In this document: one piece after another, positions 1-8,512 of the stretch | Numbering within the stretch: position 1 is the stretch's first letter | How the letters are laid out: each line of letters begins with the position of its first letter | Assembly: GCA_027297745.1 (NCBI GenBank) | Contig: JAPUHK010000024.1 | Coordinates: 994 to 64,993 of the forward strand | Direction of reading: 5' to 3' | Source: Planctomycetota bacterium | Lineage (GTDB): Bacteria > Planctomycetota > PLA2 | Length of the DNA stretch: 64,000 nt | The notes under the pieces: generated by a model | Databases searched by the model: none | What the model saw: only the letters and a program-made list of their open reading frames with translations | What the model was told of the DNA's origin: nothing | Program-made: the position numbers and the translations under genes

Positions 1-1005
1 CGCCGCCAGCAGCAGGTCCGTCGACTCGACGCCGATGCGGGAGGCGACGGAGCCCAGCTCGACCCAGGTGACGACCAACGCCTCGCCCCGCCCGAGATCC
101 AAATGCCGGCGCTCCAGGGCGTCGGGCTCGCGCACGCGGATGCCGAGGCCGGCGATGCGCACCTCCTGTAGCTCGTCGCCGTACAGCGCGTCTCCGAAGG
201 AGAACGAGCTTCGATCTTCGTCTTGCGGCGCCGCAACCGCGACGATCTCATCGGTAGGCCAGGGCTCGCGCGCAACCCGGTCGCGTTCACGCAACACGGC
301 CGCCACGTCGATGTCGAGCGGACGGCCGCGCCGCACGACGCGCAGTACGACGTCGTCGTCCCGCAACTCGTCCTCGAGACCGTTCAGCCTGTCGATCGTG
401 TCCCTCAGCGGTCCGGCGGGCTGCAGCAGGAGGTCGCCGGGCTCGAGGCCGATCCTGCGCGCCAGTGTGGATCCCGCGTCCAATTCCGTGACGAGCAGCG
501 CGGTCTGCTTCAGCCGCAGTTGCTTGATCAGCACGGGACTCACCTCACGCGTGACGATCCCGAGCCCTTCGATCTCCCAGGACCCTGGGTGGCGCCTCTC
601 CTTTTGCGCCAGCTTGTTGCGCCTGTTCTCGGCCCAACGCAGGATGCCGAACCGCCGCCGCGCGTCCATGGACCGGTAGCGTTCCGGAGGCTCGGACACG
701 GCCTGTGCGCCGTCCGCCAGCAGCACGTGGCGTTGTGCGGCGGCCACGAGCCTGTACACGCGCCGGCGCACCTCGACGTCCTCGTGGCCGGCCGCGTGTT
801 TCAGGCGCGGCAGCGCGCTCTTGCCGAGGCGCTGGAGCGCCTGCTCGGCTGCGCTGCGTTGCGCGGGTTCCGCATGTCCCAGGCGCTCGATGAGGGCGTC
901 GATGCGCGCCCCTCCGGACTCCTGGGCGCTTGCGACGGTAGCCGCCGGCAGCAGCAGCAGCGCGGCCACGAGCGGCCGCAGGAAGGTCTGGCTGCAGGGG
1001 CGCAT
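1..1005 (-). CDS. Secreted HEAT-like + PDZ-domain protein, paralog 3. The 3' end runs off the window, so it is absent from the ORF track.
   Basis: My own minus-strand translation from ATG 1003-1005 gives MRPCSQTFLRPLVAALLLLPAATVASAQ (signal peptide). It continues with the HEAT-like stretch ERLGHAEPAQRSAAEQALQRLGKSALPRLKHAAGHEDVEVRRRV and PDZ-like GLEPGDLLL...VVLRVVRRGRPLDIDVAAVL. The frame stays open to base 1. The architecture matches 1048-2109 and 2162-3109. Confidence 0.75.
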   Translation of the reverse strand, partial: MRPCSQTFLRPLVAALLLLPAATVASAQESGGARIDALIERLGHAEPAQRSAAEQALQRLGKSALPRLKHAAGHEDVEVRRRVYRLVAAAQRHVLLADGAQAVSEPPERYRSMDARRRFGILRWAENRRNKLAQKERRHPGSWEIEGLGIVTREVSPVLIKQLRLKQTALLVTELDAGSTLARRIGLEPGDLLLQPAGPLRDTIDRLNGLEDELRDDDVVLRVVRRGRPLDIDVAAVLRERDRVAREPWPTDEIVAVAAPQDEDRSSFSFGDALYGDELQEVRIAGLGIRVREPDALERRHLDLGRGEALVVTWVELGSVASRIGVESTDLLLAA

Positions 1006-1047
1006 CCGTCGCTTTCACGCGGACGCGGATCGCGCCCGCAACGCCCC

Positions 1048-2109
1048 CTAGTTTCCCTGCTTTTGCCGGTCCCGCAAGACCGCACCCACATCGATGCGCA
1101 CGGGCGCCCCGTCGCGCTGCAGGACGAGCATCACGTCCTCCGTCTCGGCCAGCAGCAGCAGTTCGTCGAGGTCGGCCGCGTTTCGGAGGGGCTTGCCGTT
1201 CAAGCGGCGCAGCAGGTCCCCCTTGCGCAGGCCGATGCGCTCGCCGAACGACCCCGGCTCGAGCTTGTCGACGACCCACCCGTGTCCGCCGAGGATGCCG
1301 ACGGGCGTCGACGGGCTGCGCAGCCAGACGCCCACGGCGGGCGCCCGCACGGTGGCGGCCGGGTCGTTCGCACCGACGAGGACCCACTTGATCGCGGCCT
1401 TGCCGCCCGCTTGCCGCATCACGATGCGGAATTGCTGCGGTGCGGGTTGCGCCGGGAACTTCACATCCTTCAGGAACGGGTACTGCGTCTTGAGCTGCGC
1501 TTCGGTGCCTCGCGCCTTCAGGCGACGGTTCGCTTGCGGGCCGGCGCCGGCGGGCGTGCGCGTGCCTGTGAGCGCGAACTGACCCCCGCCCACGCTGCGC
1601 AGCGCGTACTTCGTACGGGCGCCGTTCTCGTCTTTGTGCACGCCGCGCACGTTCCCCGCCAGAACCCCAAGCGCAAGCGCAGCTGCACCCCGCACGCCTA
1701 CCTGCTGGACGATTTCCAGGCGGACGCGCGCCTGATTGATCTTGTTCGGCACGCCCTGCACGATCTGCGGCCGGATGACGAGGACCATGCCGTTCCCGCC
1801 CACCTGCAGGACGGTGTCGGGGTCCCGTTGCGGCTGCGGCCGGGGGTAAGGAGGCTCACCGTCGATGAGCGTGATCAGGCGTTGCACGCGGCGGCGCACT
1901 TCGGCGTCCCTGTGGTGCAGCGCTTTGCGCAGGGCGGGCAGCGCTTCCTCGCCGCGCGCCAGCAGCCGGTCCTCGGCCGCGCCGCGTTCGGCGGGATCGG
2001 GGTGGCCCAGGGCCGCGATCAGATCTTCGGGGGGGGCGTCCTTGCCTGCCGCGTCCGCGACGCCGGTTGCGAGCAGAAGCGCCGGCGCCAACGCGAACAG
2101 GAAACGCAT
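1048..2109 (-). CDS. Secreted HEAT-like + PDZ-domain protein, paralog 1
   Basis: Internal ATG of ORF 1048-2196 gives MRFLFALAPALLLATGVADA (signal peptide). It has HEAT-like LGHPDPAERGAAEDRLLARGEEALPALRKALHHRDAEVRRRV and a C-terminal PDZ-like GLRKGDLLRRLNGKPL. Confidence 0.8.
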   Translation of the reverse strand: MRFLFALAPALLLATGVADAAGKDAPPEDLIAALGHPDPAERGAAEDRLLARGEEALPALRKALHHRDAEVRRRVQRLITLIDGEPPYPRPQPQRDPDTVLQVGGNGMVLVIRPQIVQGVPNKINQARVRLEIVQQVGVRGAAALALGVLAGNVRGVHKDENGARTKYALRSVGGGQFALTGTRTPAGAGPQANRRLKARGTEAQLKTQYPFLKDVKFPAQPAPQQFRIVMRQAGGKAAIKWVLVGANDPAATVRAPAVGVWLRSPSTPVGILGGHGWVVDKLEPGSFGERIGLRKGDLLRRLNGKPLRNAADLDELLLLAETEDVMLVLQRDGAPVRIDVGAVLRDRQKQGN

Positions 2110-2161
2110 GCCATCTACCTCCCGGCCTGCCGAGAGGCCTGGGCCGAAGGCTCTAGTTTCC

Positions 2162-3109
2162 CTAGTCTTGCGACTTCCGCAAGGCTGCGGCCACATCGAT
2201 CTTGCGAGGCCTTGCGCGGCGTACGATTTCGAGCTCGAGGCCCTTGCGCATGATGCGCTCGTCGTTGAGGTCGAGCGCCCTGGAGTCGTCCAGCGTCTCG
2301 CCGTTGAGCCTGACGATCACGTCGTGGCGGCGCAGGCCCGCGCGCGCGGCCGGAGAGCCGCGCAGGACCTCCGTGACGATGTAGCCGGCGCCTTCCGGGA
2401 GCTCCAGGTGGTAGGCCAGCTCCCGGGAGGGCCGTTGCAGCCGCACGCCGAAGTGTCCCAGCGCGAGCCCCCTCGGCAGTCGGCCCGTGATGCGGATCAG
2501 CCCCTCGCCCTCGAAGCGCTTACCCCCATCCGCCACGCGGGCGGGCCGTTCCAGGCCGATGCCCAGAAAGCTGAAGCGCTTCAGGAACGGGTGCTTTTTC
2601 TGCAGCGCTGCCAGCGTGCCCGAGTCGGTGATGCGGCGCGTCTTACCGTCACGGCCGGCCACGCCGGCGTCGAGCTTGTAGACGCCGCCGCCGTCGCTGA
2701 TCAGGCGGTAGTCGATGCGCTCGCCGGACTCGGGGTCGCGGAAGCTGCCTTCCATGGTCTCCGCCGTGACGCCCGGCTTGTTCCCGATCACGATGCGCAC
2801 GCCACCGCTGAAGACGTGCGTGCCTACGGGGCGGAAGCCGCGCAGGATGCGTTCGATCTGGGTGCGCTCCTCCGGGCTCGCCTCGCGCAACGCCGCGCGC
2901 AGCGGTTTCAGCGCAGGGCGGCCGATGGCGGCCAGCCTGCGTTCGGCTTCCGTGCGCTTGAGCGCATCGCGGTGCCGAAGCTGCTCGATCAGCGTGCGGA
3001 TCTCCTCGGTCTTTGCAGCCGCGGGGTCCGGCGCGGGTTGCGGTTCGTCCTGGGCCAGCGCGGCGTGCGCGGTCCAGAGGATCAGGAGCAGAAGAATGGG
3101 ATAGCGCAT
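2162..3109 (-). CDS. Secreted HEAT-like + PDZ-domain protein, paralog 2
   Basis: MRYPILLLLILWTAHAALA signal peptide. HEAT-like LRHRDALKRTEAERRLAAIGRPALKPLRAAL and PDZ-like GSPAARAGLRRHDVIVRLNGETL are present. Confidence 0.8.
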   Translation of the reverse strand: MRYPILLLLILWTAHAALAQDEPQPAPDPAAAKTEEIRTLIEQLRHRDALKRTEAERRLAAIGRPALKPLRAALREASPEERTQIERILRGFRPVGTHVFSGGVRIVIGNKPGVTAETMEGSFRDPESGERIDYRLISDGGGVYKLDAGVAGRDGKTRRITDSGTLAALQKKHPFLKRFSFLGIGLERPARVADGGKRFEGEGLIRITGRLPRGLALGHFGVRLQRPSRELAYHLELPEGAGYIVTEVLRGSPAARAGLRRHDVIVRLNGETLDDSRALDLNDERIMRKGLELEIVRRARPRKIDVAAALRKSQD

Positions 3110-3110
3110 G

Positions 3111-3917
3111 TCAATCGTTCCTGATGAAGGTGATGCCCTCGTGCTTTTTCCGGAGCTCTTCCAACGTACCCTCGTCCTCCCGGATCACGGGAGGGCCTCC
3201 CTCCAGGTTGACGAGCACGAGCTTGAAGCGGCCGTTGCCGAGCCTGAACGTGCTGGCGTAAAAGCGGGTGCCCGCGGGAAGCGCGCGCGGGAAGCTGCCG
3301 TCCTCCAGGTTTCCGCGCGCGATCGAGGAAACCACCACGCTCAGAAAGCCCGGGTCGCGTACGTTCTCAAAGGCCAACTCGAGCTGCGCGATTGTGTCGC
3401 GCACCCGGTTCAGCTGCCGGCGCTCGGAGTCCGTCAGGCGAAGGTGCTGCAGGTCGTCGAGGCGCCGTGCGAGGTCGGTCCGGTGGATGCCCGAACGCAG
3501 ATCGATCAGCTGCCCGTTGAGCTTCTCATACGGTATGGCCGGCCCGAGCTCCGCCGCCCGGCGCAAGAGCGCCTCCGTCTCTGCGAGAGTGATGGCGACT
3601 TCCGTCGGCGGAGTGTCGCCGCGTCCGAACCAGAACGCGGCAGCGTGGGTCAGCAGCAGGATCGCCGCCGCAGCCGCCAGGCCACGTACCGACCAACCGC
3701 GCAGGTTCACCGGCGGGCGTGCGCGCACCTGATCCGCCGTAAACGCCGCCTGCGTCGTCGGGAGCGCTGCGCTGAGCCGCTGCAATGCTTGCAGCTGCTC
3801 CAGCCGCTGCTGCAGCGAGGGTTCCTTGCGCAGGCGTTCCTCGAGCCGCGCGCGATCGGCGCCGGCCAGGCGTCCGTCCAGATGCAGGGAGAGCAACAGA
3901 TGATCGTTCACAGCCAC
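3111..3917 (-). CDS. Membrane-spanning anti-sigma factor (putative)
   Basis: GTG start overlaps the sigma-gene stop. The sequence runs VAVNDHLLLSLHLDGRLAGADRARLEERL, then one TM helix (GLAAAAAILLLTHAAAFWF) and a periplasmic C-terminal domain. The position directly after an ECF sigma gene fits this role. The upstream 100 aa of the 369-aa ORF overlap the sigma gene in another frame. Confidence 0.65.
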   Translation of the reverse strand: MAVNDHLLLSLHLDGRLAGADRARLEERLRKEPSLQQRLEQLQALQRLSAALPTTQAAFTADQVRARPPVNLRGWSVRGLAAAAAILLLTHAAAFWFGRGDTPPTEVAITLAETEALLRRAAELGPAIPYEKLNGQLIDLRSGIHRTDLARRLDDLQHLRLTDSERRQLNRVRDTIAQLELAFENVRDPGFLSVVVSSIARGNLEDGSFPRALPAGTRFYASTFRLGNGRFKLVLVNLEGGPPVIREDEGTLEELRKKHEGITFIRND

Positions 3918-4513
3918 TTCCTCATGCGTTCGAGCACCTTGCGCCGCGCGCGGGCCAGCCGCGTGCTCACGGTCTTCGAGCCGCAGCCGCAAACCACCGA
4001 GGCCTGCTCGTAGCTCAGGCCCTGCACGGCGCACAGCACGTAGACCTCGCGGAACTTGCGCGGCAGCGCGGCCACGGTGGCGCGCAGCGCCTCCTGCGCT
4101 TCCGACAGCACGGCCTGCTCGGCCGGACTCGGCAGCGGCGCGGGGCCGAACTGGTGCTGTTGCGCAGCGCGCTTCTGGTACTTGTCGCGCGCCGCGCGGC
4201 GCCGATAGCCGTCGAGGCACAGGTTGCGCGTGACGGCCCGGATCCAGGCGCGGAAGGGCCGCGTGGGATCGTAGGCCTCAGGCTTACGCAGCAGGCGGAA
4301 GAAGACTTCCTGCCCGATGTCCTCGGCCTGGTCGCGGTCACCCGTCATGAGCCGGGCGAGATCTACGACGCGGTCCCGCCAGCGTTCCACGAGCTCGTCG
4401 AAGGCGGAGCCGTCCCCCTGTGCCACGCGGGCGGCCAGGAACTCGTCCGGGACCGCCGGGGTGGCGTCCGACTCGCGCGCAGCCTGCATCCAGGGACTTA
4501 CGCGCCCCGGCAC
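3908..4513 (-). CDS. ECF-type RNA polymerase sigma-70 family factor
   Basis: Region 2 (DRDQAEDIGQEVFFRLL...FRAWIRAVTRNLCLD) and region 4 (LPRKFREVYVLCAVQGLSYEQASVVCGCGSKTVSTRLARARRKV) are present. The GTG start is preceded by GGGAG. Confidence 0.9.
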   Translation of the reverse strand: MPGRVSPWMQAARESDATPAVPDEFLAARVAQGDGSAFDELVERWRDRVVDLARLMTGDRDQAEDIGQEVFFRLLRKPEAYDPTRPFRAWIRAVTRNLCLDGYRRRAARDKYQKRAAQQHQFGPAPLPSPAEQAVLSEAQEALRATVAALPRKFREVYVLCAVQGLSYEQASVVCGCGSKTVSTRLARARRKVLERMRKWL

Positions 4514-4526
4514 GGTACTGCTCCCG

Positions 4527-5369
4527 TTACTTTTGGGCCGCCTCGAGGCGCTCCAGGAGCTGCTCGAAGCGCTTCTCGAGCCGGTCCAGGCGCTTCGTCA
4601 ACTCGCGCTCGCGCTCGGTCACCACGGCCGCCGGCTCGAGGAGGACCACCTCCCACCTGCTTGGCTTCAGCTCCCGGAACTTCCAGTGCTGCGGGCGCGA
4701 CGGTTCGCGGTCGCCCGCCTTGCGCATCTCCTTCAGCAACTCCAGGCGGTGTTCGCTGCGCAGCACGGCGGGCTCGTCGCCGGCCTTGCGCGCCTCGACC
4801 AGCGCCGCTTCTTCGCGCGCGATCCAACGCTGCAAGGGCTGGCCCCCAAAGCCGCTGTGCAGCCTGAGGCGCATGCGCGTCACCTGCTCCTGGGCCTTCT
4901 CGAGCCGGCGGCCGATGTCGTCGTAGTCGCGCCGGGGGCGCACGGGTCGCGGCGGAGCGCCCGGCTCCACCTCGACCAGCTCCATATCGACGCGCTCCTC
5001 ACGCCGCCCGCCGAGCTTGATCTCGTCCGAGATCTCCCGGGAGCCGCGGATCAGCTTGTAGCGCACGACGTCGCCCTCGTGGAAGCGGCGCACCGCCTCC
5101 ACCAGCCCCTCCGGACCCTCGATGCGGGTGCCGCCGAACTCCACCAGCACGTCGCCGGTCTTGAAGCCGGCGGCGGCTGCGGCCGATCCCTCGACCACCT
5201 CCTGGATCACTGCGCCGGACTTGACCTTCTCAGGCAGTCCGTACAGTTGCCGCAGCTCGTCGCTGGCAGGCGCGACGCTCACGCCCAAGAAGCCGGTCCG
5301 CTGCTCCTTGGCCGCCGCGGGGGCGATGGCCAGGGCCAGGATGAATAGGGGCAGGGCTCTTCCGATCAT
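4527..5369 (-). CDS. Secreted PDZ-domain protein with C-terminal coiled-coil region
   Basis: Signal peptide MIGRALPLFILALAIAPAAA. PDZ region FLGVSVAPASDELRQLYGLPEKVKSGAVIQEVVEGSAAAAAGFKTGDVLVEFGG. Confidence 0.8.
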   Translation of the reverse strand: MIGRALPLFILALAIAPAAAKEQRTGFLGVSVAPASDELRQLYGLPEKVKSGAVIQEVVEGSAAAAAGFKTGDVLVEFGGTRIEGPEGLVEAVRRFHEGDVVRYKLIRGSREISDEIKLGGRREERVDMELVEVEPGAPPRPVRPRRDYDDIGRRLEKAQEQVTRMRLRLHSGFGGQPLQRWIAREEAALVEARKAGDEPAVLRSEHRLELLKEMRKAGDREPSRPQHWKFRELKPSRWEVVLLEPAAVVTERERELTKRLDRLEKRFEQLLERLEAAQK

Positions 5370-5523
5370 GACGCTCTCCTTCTGACCTCTCTACGACGGA
5401 AGGCCGGGGCGGAGCTAGTGATTCCCGGGGGGCAATCGCCCGCGCCCGGCGCCTCACAACGAGAGGGCCGGCCGCGGGTAAGCCATAGGGAGGTTGGAAG
5501 CGGGTTGTTAGACTCCTAGCCCC

Positions 5524-7149
5524 GTGAGCATGACGATCCACGTTCGCAGCCCCGATCAGGACGACCGGCGCCTCGAGTTCCACAAGGCGAAGATCACGGT
5601 CGGGAGCAGCCCCATGTGCGACATCACCATCGCCGGGGACGCCGTGGCCGACGAGCAGGCGGTCCTGGTTCAGCGCGGCGACCACTTCGAGATCTTCGAT
5701 ATCGGGCGCGACGGGGCGGTGCTGGTGGGGGGCCGCCCGTGCCGGCACGGCGACGTCCTGGCGGGGCAGGAGATCTGGATCGGCGACGCGGTCTTGATGC
5801 CGCAGGCGCCCACGAAGGGAGTAGCGTTCGTGGACCGGGGAGAGGGACGCGTGACGGCCACCGTCTCGTCGACCCTCTCGAGCGTCGGCGGGACGTCCGG
5901 CGCGCCCGCCGAGCCGCGCCTGCGCCCGCTGCTCAACGAGGTCGTACGCCTGATCCACTCCATCGGCCGCAGCGAGAACATCTTCGAATCGATCCTCGAC
6001 TCCGTGTTCAGCAGCGCGCCGGTGCTGCGCGCCTTCCTCGCGCTGCGCGATCCCGAAGGCGAGCTGGTGGTCAAGGCGCACCGCAACCGGGAGCACGACG
6101 CGGACGACCAGCCGATCCAGGTCAGCCAGACGCTGGTGGGCAAGGTGCTCGACAGTGGAGAGGCGCTGCTCACCTCGGACGCGGAGGGGGACCCCAACCT
6201 GAACCTGGCGCAGTCGATCCAGAGCCTGCGCATCAAGGCCGCCATCTGCGTACCGCTGGTGGTCGACGGCAAGGTGATCGGGCTTCTGTACGGCGACAAC
6301 CGCGAGCAGCCGGGGATCCTCAACCGCGAGAACCTCGCTTTCCTGAGCGCCCTGGCCGGAGTGGCGGCCGTCGCCGTCGAGAAGTTCCGCTTGCTCGAGG
6401 AATACGACCAAAAGCTGCAGATCGAGCAGGCGCTGGCCATCGCGCGCTCCATTCACCGCAACTTCCTGCCCGCGGGACCGCCGCAGATAGAGGGCTTCGA
6501 CGTCTACGGCGACAGCGAGTCGTGCGACGCGACGGGCGGCGACTATTACGACTTCTTCCCGCTGAGCGAGGACCGCCTGGGCGTCGTGATCGCGGACGTG
6601 GCCGGGCACGGGATCGGCCCCGCCCTGCTGATGGCCAGCGTGCGCGCCACGCTGCGGGCGCTGCTGGTGGACGGGGCGTCGCTGAACGACCTCATGTTCC
6701 GCCTGAACGAGCTGATCAGCGCCGACGTCCGGGACGGCCGCTTCATCACGCTGTTCTTCGGCCTCTTCGACCGCAAGGAGGGGCGGCTGCAGCACATCGG
6801 CGCGGGCCACACGCCCACGATCTGGGTTCGCGGCGGCGGCGGCGCGCCGCGGCAGATCCGCAGCGGGGGCCCCCCGCTGGGCGTTATGAGCGGCGTGCGC
6901 TACGAGGTGGGCGAGGAGATCGCCTTCGAGCCCGGCGACGTCTTCCTGTTCTCCACGGACGGCATCCACGAGGCCATCGATCCGGCCGGCAAGCATTTCG
7001 GCCTGGAGCGGCTGGAGCAGAACCTCAAGGATCACGCGTCAGAGAGCGCTCAGGAGATGGTGGCCGCGGTCCACACGGAGCTGAACGTCCACGTAGACGG
7101 CGAGCCCCTGCGCGACGACACGACATTGGTGGTCGTGAAGATCGTCTGA
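5524..7149 (+). CDS. FHA-GAF-PP2C (SpoIIE/RsbU-type) serine phosphatase
   Basis: N-terminal FHA (ITVGSSPMCDITIAGDAVADEQAVLVQRGDHFEIFDIG), a central GAF and a C-terminal PP2C (GGDYYDFF...VIADVAGHGIGPALLMA...FLFSTDGIHEA...DDTTLVVVKI). ATG 5530 is an alternative start. Confidence 0.9.
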   Translation: MSMTIHVRSPDQDDRRLEFHKAKITVGSSPMCDITIAGDAVADEQAVLVQRGDHFEIFDIGRDGAVLVGGRPCRHGDVLAGQEIWIGDAVLMPQAPTKGVAFVDRGEGRVTATVSSTLSSVGGTSGAPAEPRLRPLLNEVVRLIHSIGRSENIFESILDSVFSSAPVLRAFLALRDPEGELVVKAHRNREHDADDQPIQVSQTLVGKVLDSGEALLTSDAEGDPNLNLAQSIQSLRIKAAICVPLVVDGKVIGLLYGDNREQPGILNRENLAFLSALAGVAAVAVEKFRLLEEYDQKLQIEQALAIARSIHRNFLPAGPPQIEGFDVYGDSESCDATGGDYYDFFPLSEDRLGVVIADVAGHGIGPALLMASVRATLRALLVDGASLNDLMFRLNELISADVRDGRFITLFFGLFDRKEGRLQHIGAGHTPTIWVRGGGGAPRQIRSGGPPLGVMSGVRYEVGEEIAFEPGDVFLFSTDGIHEAIDPAGKHFGLERLEQNLKDHASESAQEMVAAVHTELNVHVDGEPLRDDTTLVVVKIV

Positions 7150-7329
7150 CCGCGTCGCAGGCTCGCGACGGGAGTGGGAGCGGGATCGGGAGAGGAAGCG
7201 AGCGATGGTTCGGGCAGACGTGCGGCCCTGCCGGCGCCCGACGAGGCGTGGAGACGAACGGGCCCGGCTGGGTCTACGCTCCCGTTCCCCCTCCTGCTCC
7301 CGGGCCAAGCCCTCTTCAGAGGCGCGGCC

Positions 7330-7560
7330 CTACTTCTTCGCCTTGGTCTTGGGAGCCTGCTTGGTGGGGGCCGGCTCCTGCTTTTCGGGGCACTCGCACC
7401 AGCCCACGAGGTACCCGCAGTCCAGGCAGAGATCGAAGAGCTCGTGGTCGCAGACGACGCAGCGATAGACGGAGCCCGGGTCCTCATACGCGGTGGCGCC
7501 GCAGTCCTCGCACCGCATCTTCGGGCGGGCAGTCAAACGACGGTAATTGATTTCGTCCAT
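7330..7560 (-). CDS. Small Cys-rich (zinc-ribbon-like) protein with Lys-rich tail
   Basis: 76 aa with CEDC...CVVC...CLDC...CEC and a KTKAKK tail. It lies downstream of, and co-directional with, the peptidase gene. Confidence 0.55.
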   Translation of the reverse strand: MDEINYRRLTARPKMRCEDCGATAYEDPGSVYRCVVCDHELFDLCLDCGYLVGWCECPEKQEPAPTKQAPKTKAKK

Positions 7561-7621
7561 AGGAGTTAGGGCGACGCGGCCCAGCCGCGGCGAAACATTC
7601 TATTCTACCGCCTGGGGGCGT

Positions 7622-8479
7622 TCAGTGCGAGGCCTTCCGGGTCGCCGCGGCGGCCCGGTCGACCAACCTCGCGTCCTTTTCCAGCCCCTGGCCGCGCAGG
7701 TAGCGGGCCCATGCCCCGTAGCGCTCGTGTGTGTCCAACTGCAGGGCCCACAAGAGCTTGGAGCGACAAACCGGGCACAGCAACAGGGGCCGCCGATGCT
7801 CCTCGTCACGGGTCGCCACCCCGTTCATGAGGCAGCGGTAGAAGGTGCAATGTTTCATCGCCAGAACGTGCCCGGCTTCATGGACCGCCATGGCCAAGAG
7901 CCGGCGGCGGGAGCCCGCGGGATCTGCGCTCTGCCAGACCCGGGCCGTGCTGACGATGGCCACCCCCAAGCGCTCCGACCCCCAGCCTTGGACGTAGTTC
8001 AGTCCCTTGGAGTAGAGGTCCCGGTCAGTCACGGCCACCGTGATCAGGGCGTCCTTGGGTCGGCGGGCGGCCACCGCGCGGGCCAGGCCGGTGATGTGCA
8101 CCTGGCGGCGCCGGCGGTTGTACGCGCGCAGCGGGATCGCCCGTGGCTCGAGCAGCTTGGCGGGCCGGCCGTAGAAGGCCGCCAGGCTCGCGCGCACTCG
8201 TTCAGGTAAGCCGGGATCTGTGGCCGGGCGGGTCAGCATGGGCACGACATAGAGCGTCGTGCGGGCGGCGGGCGGCCGGGCCGCGGACGCCTTGTATTCG
8301 GCAAAGGTCTGGCCCTCCTCGCGGTACTGGTCGAGCCACTCGCCGTCCTTCGGCTGGCCGAGGTGCTTCCAGACGCCCGGCGGCACAGGCACGTCCGCGC
8401 GCTTCCCGCCGTACGGGACGAGGAGCAGGAGGCACACTGCGACCGCCTTCATGAGCTGCCCGCGCGCGCGGGCGCTCAT
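7622..8479 (-). CDS. Archaemetzincin-like (peptidase M54-type) zinc metallopeptidase, secreted
   Basis: HEAGHVLAMKHCTFYRCLMNGVATRDEEHRRPLLLCPVCRS fits HExxHxx(G/A)xxxCx4CxM...CxxC. The N-terminal hydrophobic leader is MKAVAVCLLLLVPYGG. Only the last ~285 aa of the 956-aa ORF are credible. Confidence 0.8.
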   Translation of the reverse strand: MSARARGQLMKAVAVCLLLLVPYGGKRADVPVPPGVWKHLGQPKDGEWLDQYREEGQTFAEYKASAARPPAARTTLYVVPMLTRPATDPGLPERVRASLAAFYGRPAKLLEPRAIPLRAYNRRRRQVHITGLARAVAARRPKDALITVAVTDRDLYSKGLNYVQGWGSERLGVAIVSTARVWQSADPAGSRRRLLAMAVHEAGHVLAMKHCTFYRCLMNGVATRDEEHRRPLLLCPVCRSKLLWALQLDTHERYGAWARYLRGQGLEKDARLVDRAAAATRKASH

Positions 8480-8512
8480 GGTACCCGGCGTACCCGTCCG
8501 GGGGCCCTCCGT

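Noticed and set aside
223-2253. 676-aa plus-strand ORF
   Set aside because: It is antisense to two well-supported PDZ/HEAT genes. Its Arg/Ala/Pro/Gly-rich composition with no motifs is typical of open non-coding frames in GC-rich DNA.
5230-7035. 601-aa minus-strand ORF
   Set aside because: It is antisense to the FHA-GAF-PP2C gene, has low-complexity Arg/Ala/Gly content and has no recognisable domain.
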